From Longivirga aurantiaca (GTDB taxonomy: Bacteria; Actinomycetota; Actinomycetes; S36-B12; CAIYMF01): a stretch of DNA of 32,000 nucleotides. The DNA lies in the NCBI RefSeq assembly GCF_042660085.1, contig NZ_JBHSTI010000008.1:480001-512000 (forward strand), in the 5' to 3' direction. Below, one piece after another: positions 1 through 9,851 of this stretch (positions are counted from its first letter, which is position 1; each line of letters opens with the position of its first letter). The position numbers were made by a program, and so were the translations under genes. Below the pieces are notes generated by a model. That model worked only from the letters and a program-made list of their open reading frames with translations, ran no database searches and had not been told where the DNA came from.

Positions 1-1027
1 CGCCGGGGTGTGGGCAGACCGGCACAACCGCAAGCTGATCGTGATGGGTGCGGACGCGGTCATCGCCCTGACCACCCTGGGCCTCGTCGTGCTGCTGCTG
101 CGCGGCGTCGAGGACCTGTGGCTGATCTTCCTGACGCTCGCGATCCGCTCGGTCGGCGCCGGCGTGCAGACCCCTGCCGTGAGCGCGCTCATCCCGCAGA
201 TCGTGCCCGCGGCCAGCCTCATGCGGGTCAACGGCATCAACACCAGCATCCAGTCGGGGTCGATGCTGCTCTCGCCGGCGGTGGCGGCCTGGCTGTACGC
301 CTCCTTCGACCTCGTCGCCGTGCTCATGGTCGACGTCGTGACGGCGCTGATCGGCATCGGACTGGTGCTGCTCGTCCCCGTCCCGGCGATCGCCCGGAGC
401 GCCGTGGCCATGGGCTACCTGGACGACCTCAAGGCGGGGCTGGGCTACGTCAGGACCCACACGCTCGTGCGCCGGGTGCTCGTCTTCTACGCGATCATCT
501 TCGTGCTCGTCGTCCCGCCGTCGTACCTGACGCCGCTGCTGGTGGTGCGAACGTTCGGCGACGAGGTCTGGAAGCTCACGGCGAACGAGCTCGCGTTCAG
601 CATCGGGATGGTCGTGGGCGGCGCCTTCCTCGCGTGGTGGGGCGGCACACGCGACCGCATCGCGATGCTCGTCGGCGCCTCGATCGGGGTGGGCGTGCTG
701 AGCATCGCCCTCGGCCTCGCCCCGTACCTCTGGATCTTCCTCGTGTTCATGTTCCTGGTCGGTGTGTGCATCCCGTTCTTCTGGACCACCTCGACCACGC
801 TGCTGCAGGAGACGGTCGAGAACGACTTCCAGGGCCGGGTCTTCGGCCTGCTCGGGATCGTGATGGCGCTCGCGATGCCGTTCGGCATGCTGGTCTTCGG
901 GCCGCTCAGCGACGTGGTGAGCGTCCAGGCGCTCCTGGTCGGCGGAGGCGTGCTGACGATCCTCGTGGGGATCGTCGTGGCCACCCGCAGCCCCGTCTCG
1001 GAGGAGTCGCACGCGGCGAGTGCGTGA
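1..1027 (+). CDS. MFS transporter, 5'-truncated by window edge
   Basis: ORF 8..1027 with hydrophobic MFS-like segments (GVQTPAVSALIPQIVP, GRVFGLLGIVMALAMPFGMLVFGPLSD); no natural start inside the window. Confidence 0.85.
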   Translation, partial: AGVWADRHNRKLIVMGADAVIALTTLGLVVLLLRGVEDLWLIFLTLAIRSVGAGVQTPAVSALIPQIVPAASLMRVNGINTSIQSGSMLLSPAVAAWLYASFDLVAVLMVDVVTALIGIGLVLLVPVPAIARSAVAMGYLDDLKAGLGYVRTHTLVRRVLVFYAIIFVLVVPPSYLTPLLVVRTFGDEVWKLTANELAFSIGMVVGGAFLAWWGGTRDRIAMLVGASIGVGVLSIALGLAPYLWIFLVFMFLVGVCIPFFWTTSTTLLQETVENDFQGRVFGLLGIVMALAMPFGMLVFGPLSDVVSVQALLVGGGVLTILVGIVVATRSPVSEESHAASA

Positions 1028-1039
1028 GCCCGGGCGGTC

Positions 1040-1999
1040 GTGCCGGCCGACGTCCGGTTGGATGTGCGCATGACCGAGGCCGGCGAGGTGCGCGCGAACG
1101 CCGTGTCCCGGCCGCCGGGCACCGACATCGCGCTCATGGCGGTCGCGGTCACGGCCATCTCGACGTCCGGCCCGATCATCGCCGCGATGGCGGCCCCGGC
1201 CCTCGCCATCGCCTTCTGGCGCGGCGTCTTCGGCGGCGGTCTCACCCTGCTGTGGGCCCTCGTGCGGCAGCGGGCGGAGCTGTTCGCCCTCAGCGGCAGC
1301 TCGCGGCGGTGGACCGTGATCGCGGGGCTGCTCCTGGGTGCGCACTTCGCGACCTGGGTGCCGAGCCTGCGCTTCACCTCGGTGGCGGCGTCCACCGCCC
1401 TGGTGGCGACGCAGCCCGTGTGGGCGGCGCTCATGGCCCGGGCGCAGGGTGCCCACGTCGCGCGGCAGGCCTGGGTGGGCATCGGGGTCTCGCTGCTCGG
1501 CATCCTCGTGCTCACGGGCATCGACTTCTCGATCAACCCCATGGCCCTCGTGGGCGACCTTCTCGCCCTCGCCGGCGCCGTGCTGGCCGCGGCCTACGTC
1601 ACGGCAGGGGAGAAGGCACGCCAGACGGTCTCGACGCCCGTCTACACCGGCGTCGCCTACGTGGTCTCGTCGCTGGCGATCCTGCCGCTGTGCCTGCTCC
1701 TGGGTGCGTCGCTCACCGGCTACTCCGCCCGCGACTGGTGGCTCCTCGTGGCGCTCACGGCCGGTGCCCAGCTGCTCGGCCACACGCTCATCAACCGGGT
1801 GCTCAAGACCACCTCGGCCACCGTGACCAGCCTGGCGATCCTGTTCGAGATGCCGGGTGCCACCCTCATCGCGGCTGTCTGGCTCGGACAGGTGCCGCCG
1901 CTCGCGATCCTGCCCGCGCTCGTCCTGCTCTTCGCAGGCCTCGTGCTGGTGATCCGCTCGGGCGACCGGCGGGTGCTCTCCGAGTCGCCCCCGGTCTGA
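1040..1999 (+). CDS. EamA/DMT-family transporter
   Basis: 319 aa; ten hydrophobic segments, DMT pattern (SGPIIAAMAAPALAIAFWRGVFGG, GATLIAAVWLGQVPP); start may be the ATG at about 1070. Confidence 0.85.
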   Translation: MPADVRLDVRMTEAGEVRANAVSRPPGTDIALMAVAVTAISTSGPIIAAMAAPALAIAFWRGVFGGGLTLLWALVRQRAELFALSGSSRRWTVIAGLLLGAHFATWVPSLRFTSVAASTALVATQPVWAALMARAQGAHVARQAWVGIGVSLLGILVLTGIDFSINPMALVGDLLALAGAVLAAAYVTAGEKARQTVSTPVYTGVAYVVSSLAILPLCLLLGASLTGYSARDWWLLVALTAGAQLLGHTLINRVLKTTSATVTSLAILFEMPGATLIAAVWLGQVPPLAILPALVLLFAGLVLVIRSGDRRVLSESPPV

Positions 2000-2050
2000 G
2001 TTACCGATCACTCACCCCCGTCGCGCGCGGAGGTACATATCGCTCGTAGC

Positions 2051-3028
2051 GTGGCCTCCATGAGCTACCCCGCCCGCGTTCTGCGATCCCGCCGTTCGAA
2101 CCTGGCCGTGCCCGGTTCCTCGCCGAAGATGCTGGAGAAGGCCAAGGGCCTGCCGGCAGACCAGGTGTTCATGGACATCGAGGACGCGGTCGCACCCCTC
2201 GCGAAGCCTGATGCCCGCAAGAACATCGTCGCCGCTCTCAACGAGGGCGGGTACGACGGCAAGGTGCGCACGGTCCGCGTGAACGACTGGACGACGCACT
2301 GGACCTACCGCGACGTCGTCGAGGTGGTCGAGAACGCCGGCCAGAACCTCGACTGCATCATGCTGCCCAAGGTGCAGACGGCCGAGCAGGTCGTCGCGCT
2401 GGACCTGCTGCTGACGCAGATCGAGAAGACGATGGGCTTCGAGGTCGGCCGGATCGGCATCGAGGCGCAGATCGAGAACGCGCTGGGCCTCACCAACGTC
2501 AACGCGATCGCCGCCGCCAGCCAGCGCGTCGAGACGATCATCTTCGGCCCGGCCGACTTCATGGCCTCGATCAACATGAAGTCGCTGGTGGTCGGCGAGC
2601 AGCCGCAGGGCTACGACGTCGGCGACGCCTACCACTACATCCTCATGCAGATCCTCATGGCGGCCCGGGCGTACGACAAGCTCGCGATCGACGGGCCGTA
2701 CCTGCAGATCAAGGACGTCGAGGGCTACAAGCGCGTCGCGGGCCGTTCCGCTGCGCTGGGCTTCGACGGCAAGTGGGTGCTGCACCCCGGCCAGGTCGAC
2801 GCCGCCAACGAGGTCTACTCGCCGCGGCAGGAGGACTACGACCACGCCGAGCTGATCCTCGACGCGTACGACTACTACACCTCCGCCGAGGGCGGCGCCC
2901 GCGGAGCGGTGATGCTCGGCGACGAGATGATCGACGAGGCCAGCCGCAAGATGGCGCTGGTGATCTCGGCCAAGGGGCGCGCGGCCGGCATGGCCCGCAC
3001 GCAGTCGTTCGAAGCACCGGAGGCGTGA
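2051..3028 (+). CDS. HpcH/HpaI aldolase / citrate lyase beta-like CoA ester lyase
   Basis: 325 aa; RRSNLAVPGSSPKMLEKAKGLPADQVFMDIEDAVAP and GFDGKWVLHPGQVDAANEVYSP are typical CitE-like motifs; alternative ATG start at 2060. Confidence 0.9.
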   Translation: MASMSYPARVLRSRRSNLAVPGSSPKMLEKAKGLPADQVFMDIEDAVAPLAKPDARKNIVAALNEGGYDGKVRTVRVNDWTTHWTYRDVVEVVENAGQNLDCIMLPKVQTAEQVVALDLLLTQIEKTMGFEVGRIGIEAQIENALGLTNVNAIAAASQRVETIIFGPADFMASINMKSLVVGEQPQGYDVGDAYHYILMQILMAARAYDKLAIDGPYLQIKDVEGYKRVAGRSAALGFDGKWVLHPGQVDAANEVYSPRQEDYDHAELILDAYDYYTSAEGGARGAVMLGDEMIDEASRKMALVISAKGRAAGMARTQSFEAPEA

Positions 3029-3029
3029 G

Positions 3030-4232
3030 ATGGCCCGCCTGGCCCAGACCGAGGACCTGACCGAGATCCAGTCGGAGATCCTGACCGCTGTCCGCGAGTT
3101 CGTGGACAAGGAGATCATCCCGGTCGCGCAGGAGCTCGAGCACGCCGACGAGTACCCGTCGGCCATCGTCGAGCAGATGAAGGAGATGGGGATCTTCGGG
3201 CTGATGATCCCCGAGGAGTACGGCGGCCTCGGCGAGAGCCTGCTGACCTACGCGCTGTGCGTCGAGGAGATCGCGCGCGGCTGGATGTCGGTCAGCGGCA
3301 TCATCAACACGCACTTCATCGTCGCCTACATGGTGATGCAGCACGGCACCGAGGAGCAGAAGGCGCACTACCTGCCGCGGATGGCGACGGGCGAGGTGCG
3401 GGGCTCGTTCTCGATGTCGGAGCCGCACTGCGGCAGCGACGTCGCGGCGATCCGCTCCAAGGCGGTGCGCGACGGCGACGAGTTCGTCCTCACCGGCCAG
3501 AAGATGTGGCTGACCAACGGCGGCTCCTCCACGCTGACCGCGGTGCTGGTGCGCACCGACGGCGAGGCCGAGGAGGGCTCGAGCGTCTACAAGAAGATGA
3601 CGACGTTCCTGGTCGAGAAGCCCGCCGGCTTCGGCGAGGTCCGCCCCGGGCTCACCATCCCCGGGAAGATCGACAAGATGGGCTACAAGGGCGTCGACAC
3701 CACCGAGCTCGTCATGGACGGCCTGCGCCTGCCCGAGACCGCGATCCTGGGCGGCGCACCGGGCCGCGGCTTCTACCAGATGATGGACGGCGTCGAGGTG
3801 GGCCGCGTCAACGTGGCGGCCCGCGGCTGCGGCATCGCGATCCGCGCGTTCGAGCTCGGCATCGACTACGCCCAGCAGCGCCAGACGTTCGGCAAGCAGA
3901 TCGCCGACCACCAGGCCGTGCTGTTCCGCCTCGCCGACATGGCCGTCAAGGTCGAGGCCGCGCACAAGATGATGGTCGCCGCCGCCCGCAAGAAGGACTC
4001 GGGCGAGCGCAACGACCTCGAGGCCGGCATGGCGAAGTACCTCGCGTCCGAGACGGCCAAGGAGGTCGTGGAGGACTCGTTCCGCATCCACGGCGGCTAC
4101 GGCTACGCCAAGGAGTACGAGATCGAGCGCCTCTACCGCGAGGCCCCGATGCTGCTCATCGGCGAGGGCACCGCGGACATCCAGCGCATGATCATCGGAC
4201 GCCGCCTCCTCGAGGACTACAGGCGCGCCTAG
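3030..4232 (+). CDS. acyl-CoA dehydrogenase
   Basis: 400 aa; SMSEPHCGSDVAAIRSKA, GQKMWLTNGG, QTFGKQIADHQAV, IHGGYGYAKEYEIERLYREA; one nucleotide after the upstream stop, so likely co-transcribed. Confidence 0.95.
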   Translation: MARLAQTEDLTEIQSEILTAVREFVDKEIIPVAQELEHADEYPSAIVEQMKEMGIFGLMIPEEYGGLGESLLTYALCVEEIARGWMSVSGIINTHFIVAYMVMQHGTEEQKAHYLPRMATGEVRGSFSMSEPHCGSDVAAIRSKAVRDGDEFVLTGQKMWLTNGGSSTLTAVLVRTDGEAEEGSSVYKKMTTFLVEKPAGFGEVRPGLTIPGKIDKMGYKGVDTTELVMDGLRLPETAILGGAPGRGFYQMMDGVEVGRVNVAARGCGIAIRAFELGIDYAQQRQTFGKQIADHQAVLFRLADMAVKVEAAHKMMVAAARKKDSGERNDLEAGMAKYLASETAKEVVEDSFRIHGGYGYAKEYEIERLYREAPMLLIGEGTADIQRMIIGRRLLEDYRRA

Positions 4233-4315
4233 CCCCTGCACGCTCGCTTCTGGGGCCCCGGGCCGCCGACGGTTCGGGGGCCGTGGCAGTTCCTTCCGGG
4301 AAGTAGGGTCGGACC

Positions 4316-4861
4316 ATGAGCAGAACCTCGAGGGACCCGATCGGCGCCGACGTCACCAAGCGCCCTGTGCTGGCGTCGTACGACGATTACCTCGACGCGC
4401 AGAAGGCCGTCGACACGTTGTCCGACAAGGGCTTCCCGGTGCAGAACGTGGCGATCGTGGGCGTCGACGTGCGGATCGTCGAGGCGGTGCTGGGGCGCAT
4501 GTCGTGGGGCAAGGCGGCGACGTCTGGCCTGTTCTCGGGAGCCTGGTTCGGCGGACTCATCGGCCTGTTCATCGCGCTGTTCGGCACCGCCAACGGCGAG
4601 GTGCTGCCGCTGTTCGGCCTCGGCGTCCTGTACGGCGCCGCCGCGGGCATCGTCTTCGGCATGGTGTCGTACGCGTTCACCGGCGGGAAGCGCGACTTCG
4701 TCTCGCGCCAGCAGCTGCAGGCGCAGCGGTACGACGTCCTCTGCGAGCAGGCGGTGCTCGGCGAGGCGCGCAAGGTCCTGGGGCTCGGCGTCACCTGGCC
4801 GCCGCCGCTGCCCGCCGACCAGCCTGCCGACCAGCCTGCCGCGAGCGACGAGCAGGCGTGA
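4316..4861 (+). CDS. general stress protein 17M-like (glycine-zipper) membrane-associated protein
   Basis: 181 aa; RPVLASYDDYLDAQKAVDTLSDKGFPVQNVAIVG followed by Gly-rich hydrophobic segments. Confidence 0.75.
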   Translation: MSRTSRDPIGADVTKRPVLASYDDYLDAQKAVDTLSDKGFPVQNVAIVGVDVRIVEAVLGRMSWGKAATSGLFSGAWFGGLIGLFIALFGTANGEVLPLFGLGVLYGAAAGIVFGMVSYAFTGGKRDFVSRQQLQAQRYDVLCEQAVLGEARKVLGLGVTWPPPLPADQPADQPAASDEQA

Positions 4862-4874
4862 TCCGGGCGGGCCG

Positions 4875-6026
4875 GTGACCAGCGATCCCGCAGGGTTCGA
4901 GGGCCGCAGCGGCCTCGCCGCGCAGTTCGCCCGGCAGGCGCGCGACTGCGCCGACATCGGCTCCGGCGTGTATGCGGACATCTGCCGCTCCGCGTCGTTG
5001 GAGCTCGCGTCGGGCGGACCACTGGCCGCGCTGCTCCAGCCCTGGTCCGACGCGCGCGACGGCGACCTCATCCCCCTGCGGGTGCTCGCAGCTGCGCACC
5101 GGCTCGTGCTCGAGCGGGAGGCGCCCGCCCTCGCGCTGTGGTTCCCGTCCGTCGGGGGGACGGCCCCGGTCGACGGGGCAGGCCGCGGCTCCTGCTACGA
5201 GGCCTGGCAGGAGGCGTTGCGGGACAACGCATCCCGCCTTCCTGTGCTGCTCTCCTCGCCGCCCCAGACGAACGAGCCCGCCCGCTCTGCGGCGTTCACG
5301 GGAGCGTTCTCGATCGTGTCGGAGGCGTATCGGCTCCCGCTCCACGTGCACGAGGTAGGCGCCTCCGCCGGCCTCAACCTGCTGGCCGACCGGGTGCGGA
5401 TCACGTGGCTCGGCGGCGCGCGGGGGCCGCAGGGCTCGCCGCTCGTTCTCGAGGACGTATGGACCGGCGACCCGCTTCCCCCGGACGTCGCGCCCGACAT
5501 CGTGGCGCGGGTGGCCGTCGACCTCGCGCCCGTCGACGTCACCACGACCGAGGGGCGCCTGCACCTGACGTCGTTCGTGTGGCCCGACCAGACCGAGCGG
5601 TTCGAGCGGCTGCGCGCGGCGTACGAGCTCGCGGCCACCGTGCCCGTCGAGCTCGTGCGGGCCGACGTCGTCGACCACCTGCGGTCGCTCGAGCCCGTGC
5701 CCGGCCGGGTGCTCGTCGTCGCGCACTCGACGACATGGATCTACCTCGACGAGCCCGCGCGCGCCGCCGCCGAGGTCGCATTCCAGCAGCTCGCCTCCCA
5801 TGCCGGGCCCGAGGCGCCGGTGGTGCACCTGTCGCGCGAGCCGCACGCCCTCGACGAGCGGGCCGGTCTCGACTTCGACCTCATCCTCCGCTGCTGGCCT
5901 GCGCCGCTCCACGGTCCGCTCGCAGCCTTCCCTGCGGGCACGTCGCTGCTGGTCGGGTGCACGAGCGCCCACGGCCTCCCGGTGCGCTGGCAGCCTCCGA
6001 CCGAGACGGCGATCACCGCCCTCTGA
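4875..6026 (+). CDS. DUF2332 family protein
   Basis: 383 aa; LHVHEVGASAGLNLLADRVRI and ALWFPSVGG resemble the DUF2332 family. Confidence 0.8.
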   Translation: MTSDPAGFEGRSGLAAQFARQARDCADIGSGVYADICRSASLELASGGPLAALLQPWSDARDGDLIPLRVLAAAHRLVLEREAPALALWFPSVGGTAPVDGAGRGSCYEAWQEALRDNASRLPVLLSSPPQTNEPARSAAFTGAFSIVSEAYRLPLHVHEVGASAGLNLLADRVRITWLGGARGPQGSPLVLEDVWTGDPLPPDVAPDIVARVAVDLAPVDVTTTEGRLHLTSFVWPDQTERFERLRAAYELAATVPVELVRADVVDHLRSLEPVPGRVLVVAHSTTWIYLDEPARAAAEVAFQQLASHAGPEAPVVHLSREPHALDERAGLDFDLILRCWPAPLHGPLAAFPAGTSLLVGCTSAHGLPVRWQPPTETAITAL

Positions 6027-6036
6027 CCGCAGCGGG

Positions 6037-6468
6037 TCAGGGGACGAGACCCCAGGTGCGGAGAGCGGTGAGGACCCCGGGGGCCATGAGGCCGTCGGTG
6101 TCGAGGGCTACGACCTCGGCGACGTCGAACCAGCGGGCGTCGGCCGCATCGTCGCCCGCCACCGCCTCCGGCTGCGCTCCGTCGTCGTGCCGAGGCGCGC
6201 AGAGGTAGTCGGCGATCACGTAGATGCCGCCGGACGGCGCATCGCGCTCGACCGTGCCGACGAGCCTCCCCACCGCCACGCGGACCCCGGTCTCCTCGAG
6301 CACCTCGCGGGCGCAGCCCTCCTCGGGGCTCTCGCCGTCCTCGAGCCGTCCGCCGGGGATCGACCACAGCCCGAGGCTCGGCTGCTGGCCGCGCTGCACG
6401 AGGAGCAGCTTCCCGGCGTCGACGACGATCCCGCCGACACAGGGGATGCGCGGTGTCTCGTGGCTCAC
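6037..6468 (-). CDS. NUDIX hydrolase
   Basis: Nudix box GxxxDGESPEEGCAREVLEETGV in the minus-strand ORF; GTG start near 6468 favoured over the longer ORF start at 6615. Confidence 0.88.
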   Translation of the reverse strand: MSHETPRIPCVGGIVVDAGKLLLVQRGQQPSLGLWSIPGGRLEDGESPEEGCAREVLEETGVRVAVGRLVGTVERDAPSGGIYVIADYLCAPRHDDGAQPEAVAGDDAADARWFDVAEVVALDTDGLMAPGVLTALRTWGLVP

Positions 6469-6568
6469 GAGCACCAGTCTGGCGGTTGACTCCGGGCGCC
6501 GTCGGGGCCACCGTGCTCGGCAGAAGGCCGTCGGCGCCCGGGCCGCGGCCGCGCGGAAGAGGCTGCTG

Positions 6569-7207
6569 ATGCCCGAACCCGTGTGCGTGCGCTGCGGCGG
6601 CCCCGTGGGGCTCACGGTCGACGTGCCCGCCTGGCACTGCCCGACCCACGGCGAGGTCGAACCTCTGCACGCGCCCCTGCCGGCCGAGCACTACCACCTG
6701 CGCGACGTCGCGTCCTCGTCCGCTGTGCCCGTGTGGATCCCGCTGCCGCTGCCCGTCGGCTGGGCGGTGTCCGGCGTACGGCGTACCGGCGGCACGGGCC
6801 CGGCGCGAGCCGTCGCGGTCTCGTACACCGGCCCCGGGCTCGCCGCACGCACCGCCGAGATGGTGATCGTGGCGGAGGAGCCCGGCGTGGGACTCGGCGC
6901 GCAGTACGCCGGCATCGTCGGCACCGACCCCGGCCCGGAGATCACCGGCCTGCCGCGCGACACGGCGGTGACGGCGGGCGGGCATCCGACCTCGCTCTGG
7001 TCGCTGCCGGTGTCGGACCGGTCGGCGTACGTCGGCGAGGCAGCCGGCTGCTGGCTCTGGATCATCACCTGGCCCGTGACCGAGTGGATGGTCGTGCACG
7101 ACGGCCTGGCGCTGCACGACCTGCGGGTCGTGGACATCCGCACCCGCCTCGGCGAGGTGCCCGTCAGCGCGCTCACCCCGCGCCTGTCCCTCGACCCCCC
7201 TCGCTGA
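6569..7207 (+). CDS. DUF6758-like protein
   Basis: MPEPVCVRCGGPVGLTVDVPAWHCPTHGEVEPLH...; CxxC...C zinc-ribbon-like N terminus; ATG at 6569 in frame to the stop at 7207. Confidence 0.7.
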   Translation: MPEPVCVRCGGPVGLTVDVPAWHCPTHGEVEPLHAPLPAEHYHLRDVASSSAVPVWIPLPLPVGWAVSGVRRTGGTGPARAVAVSYTGPGLAARTAEMVIVAEEPGVGLGAQYAGIVGTDPGPEITGLPRDTAVTAGGHPTSLWSLPVSDRSAYVGEAAGCWLWIITWPVTEWMVVHDGLALHDLRVVDIRTRLGEVPVSALTPRLSLDPPR

Positions 7208-7257
7208 CACTGATCGATCCGTCTTACCGGCACCGGGAAGCGACGGATCGATCGGTG
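7208..7257. repeat. stem-loop element A: CACTGATCGATCCGTC - 18 nt - GACGGATCGATCGGTG
   Basis: 16-nt arms matching 15/16; starts right after the stop at 7207; resembles element B at 28729. Confidence 0.8.
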
Positions 7258-7282
7258 CGAGCGAGACGGGTGACCGTAGGGT

Positions 7283-7909
7283 GTGCGCGTGTCGTCGTGG
7301 TTGGACCTCAAGCTCCTGGCCTCGGTCTACCTCACGCTGTTCGTGATCATGGACCCGCCGGGCATCATCCCGATCTTCCTGGCGCTCACCGCGCGCCGCG
7401 GCAAGGCGGCGATGGCCAAGCTCGCCGCGCAGGCGGCGCTCACCTCGTTCGCGGTCATCACGGCGTTCGCGCTCTTCGGCGAGCGGATCCTCGCGTTCCT
7501 CGGGATCTCGCTCCCGGCGCTGCAGGCGTCCGGCGGGCTGCTGCTGCTGATCGTCGCCCTCGAGCTGCTCACCGGGAAGACTGACGAGCCCACCGAGGTC
7601 GACGACGTCAACGTGGCGATGGTGCCGCTCGGTACGCCGTTGCTCGCCGGCCCCGGTGCGATCGTGGCCACGATCCTGTTCGTGCGGCAGTCCGACACCA
7701 CTGCCGAGATCACCGCGCTGGTGCTCGGCATCGTCGCGATCCACGTGACCATCTACCTCGTGATGCGCTACTCGGTGTTCCTCGCGAACATCCTCAAGCC
7801 CACCGGGATCCTGGTGCTCACGCGCATCGCCGGCCTGCTGCTGGCCGCCATCGCGGTCGAGCTCGTCGCCGCCGGCGTCTTCGGCTTCATCGACGCCAAC
7901 GCCGCATGA
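7283..7909 (+). CDS. MarC family integral membrane protein
   Basis: 208 aa; LFVIMDPPGIIPIFLALTA, VAMVPLGTPLLAGPGAIVATILF; alternative GTG start at 7289. Confidence 0.92.
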   Translation: MRVSSWLDLKLLASVYLTLFVIMDPPGIIPIFLALTARRGKAAMAKLAAQAALTSFAVITAFALFGERILAFLGISLPALQASGGLLLLIVALELLTGKTDEPTEVDDVNVAMVPLGTPLLAGPGAIVATILFVRQSDTTAEITALVLGIVAIHVTIYLVMRYSVFLANILKPTGILVLTRIAGLLLAAIAVELVAAGVFGFIDANAA

Positions 7910-8808
7910 GCGACGACGGCGCCCTCACCTTCGACGGCATGCCCACGCGGCTGTGGTCGTGCACGCCGACCAAGCTCGACACCTGGCTCTCCTGCCCGCG
8001 CCGGTTCCGGTTCGCGTACCTGGACCGCAGGCCCAAGGGCCTGCCGTGGGCGCACAACAGCGTCGGCTCGTCGGTGCACAACGCGCTCCGCGACTGGTGG
8101 CTGCTGCCCGTGGAGCGGCGTACGCCGGGGGCTGCCACCGACCTCGTGACGCGCAACTTCCTGACCGACGGGTTCCGCGACGACGCGCAGATCCGCGAGT
8201 GGCGCGAGCGCGCCGCCGCGATGACGTCGTCGTACGTCGCCCACCTCGACCCGGACGACGAGCCCGCCGGGGTCGAGCGCACGGTGTCGACCACGACGCA
8301 CGGCATGGCGCTGTCGGGCCGGGTCGACCGCATCGACCGCCGCGCGAGCGACGACGGCGCCGACGAGCTCGTCATCGTCGACTACAAGACCGGACGCCGT
8401 CCGCTCACCGACGACGACGCGCGCTCGTCGCTCGCGCTGGCGGTCTACGTCGTCGCGGCGAGCCGCACGCTGCGCCGACGCTCGCGCCGGGTCGAGCTGC
8501 ACCACCTGCCCACGGGAACCGTTGCGGCGCACGACCACACGCCGGAGTCGATCGAGCGGCACCTGACGCGGGCGGGCGACATCGCAGCCGAGGCCAGCAC
8601 CGCCGAGACCGTCTGGAAGGACCGGCTCGCGTCCCGCGCCGAGGACGCCGCGGCCGGCGACGCCGACGCGGTCGAGGCGATCGACGCGCACTTCCCGCCG
8701 AGCCCCGGGCCGTCGTGCTCGTGGTGCGACTACCGCCGCTGGTGCCCGAGCGGCCGCGACGCGTCGTCCGAGATCGCGCCCTGGTCGGGGCTCGCCGACT
8801 CGGCCTAG
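7906..8808 (+). CDS. RecB-like PD-(D/E)XK nuclease domain protein
   Basis: 300 aa; LDTWLSCPRRFRFAYLDR, ELVIVDYKTGRRP (nuclease core) and C-terminal CSWCDYRRWCPSG Fe-S-type cysteines. Confidence 0.88.
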   Translation: MSDDGALTFDGMPTRLWSCTPTKLDTWLSCPRRFRFAYLDRRPKGLPWAHNSVGSSVHNALRDWWLLPVERRTPGAATDLVTRNFLTDGFRDDAQIREWRERAAAMTSSYVAHLDPDDEPAGVERTVSTTTHGMALSGRVDRIDRRASDDGADELVIVDYKTGRRPLTDDDARSSLALAVYVVAASRTLRRRSRRVELHHLPTGTVAAHDHTPESIERHLTRAGDIAAEASTAETVWKDRLASRAEDAAAGDADAVEAIDAHFPPSPGPSCSWCDYRRWCPSGRDASSEIAPWSGLADSA

Positions 8809-8842
8809 CGCTGGCGGCGCTGTCGAGCGGCACGCCGAGGTG

Positions 8843-9313
8843 TCACCGCCCCGGCCGGGGCCTCCTGCCGCTGGGCGGTTGCGGGCGCCGTCCGCCACCA
8901 CGCGACGACGAGCCGGAGGGCCCAGGCACGAGGCGCCGCAGTGACTCCGGGAGCTCGCGCCAGTCGTCCGGCTCGAGCCACACGTGCTCGACCGTGCTGG
9001 CCCACACCCGGTCGGTGCGGCAGCGCTCGGCGATGAGGTCGGCGTAGTCCTCGGGGTGGTCGCTCAGCAGGTCCTCGATCGGGCCGGCGGCGACGTAGAC
9101 GCGGTGCGCGTGGTCGGCGTCGGGATCGTGGAGCATCTCGTCCAGCACCTCGATCGGGAGGCTGCCGTCGAGCACCGCACGGTTGACCGTCTCCCACGCC
9201 CACCAGTGGTCGGTGTCGGCACGACGGCGGTCGTTCGCACTGCCCCGGCTGAGCTCGTCGAACATGCGGTAGGACCACACGACCTCGTCCACCTGCTCGG
9301 CACTCCACATCAC
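8843..9313 (-). CDS. hypothetical protein (possibly DUF6869-like)
   Basis: 156 aa; acidic, aromatic-rich body VYVAAGPIEDLLSDHPEDYADLIAERC...; family only weakly recognised. Confidence 0.55.
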   Translation of the reverse strand: MMWSAEQVDEVVWSYRMFDELSRGSANDRRRADTDHWWAWETVNRAVLDGSLPIEVLDEMLHDPDADHAHRVYVAAGPIEDLLSDHPEDYADLIAERCRTDRVWASTVEHVWLEPDDWRELPESLRRLVPGPSGSSSRGGGRRPQPPSGRRPRPGR

Positions 9314-9434
9314 GGGTCGATCCTTCCCGACGGAGCCGTGCGTGGCGAGAGCCGCCCCGAGGTGCCGTGACGGAGGCCTGCCCGGAAGATGGGCGCGTCG
9401 GGGTGAGGGTCATCCCGGCGCAGGAGGCCACGGC

Positions 9435-9821
9435 ATGGGTGTGTTCACAGAGCAGGAGACCGACTACCTGCGCTCGCAGCGGATGGCCCGGATCGCGACG
9501 GCGTCGGCCACGGGTGCGCCCGACGTCGCCGCCGTCACGTTCGGGCTCGACGGCGACACGATCGTCACGGGGGGCTTCGACATCTCGCGGACGGTGCGCT
9601 ACCGGTTCCTGCTCGCCAACCCGCGCGCGGTCCTGGTCGTGGATGACCTCGCCACGGTCGATCCGTGGGCGCCGCGTGGCGTGAAGGTGCGTGGTGCCGC
9701 GGTGATCGAGGACCGCGACGGTCGCCAGCAGATCCGCATCACGCCCGAGGTCATCTGGACGTGGGGCCTCGATCAGGAAGGGCCGAGCCGCTTCCTCGGG
9801 GTGCAGCGCCGGGACGCCTGA
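9435..9821 (+). CDS. PPOX-class (F420-dependent) oxidoreductase family protein
   Basis: MGVFTEQETDYLRSQRMARIATASATGAPDVAAVTFGLDG...ANPRAVLVVDDL; ATG at 9435. Confidence 0.85.
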   Translation: MGVFTEQETDYLRSQRMARIATASATGAPDVAAVTFGLDGDTIVTGGFDISRTVRYRFLLANPRAVLVVDDLATVDPWAPRGVKVRGAAVIEDRDGRQQIRITPEVIWTWGLDQEGPSRFLGVQRRDA

Positions 9822-9851
9822 CATCGCCGCCCGCGAGCGCGATGAGACGCG

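Noticed and set aside
7906-8808. RecB-like PD-(D/E)XK nuclease as a Cas4-like or defence-system nuclease
   Set aside because: No CRISPR array, cas gene, restriction or toxin partner beside it; neighbours are MarC and a small hypothetical. This family is a common stand-alone actinobacterial protein.
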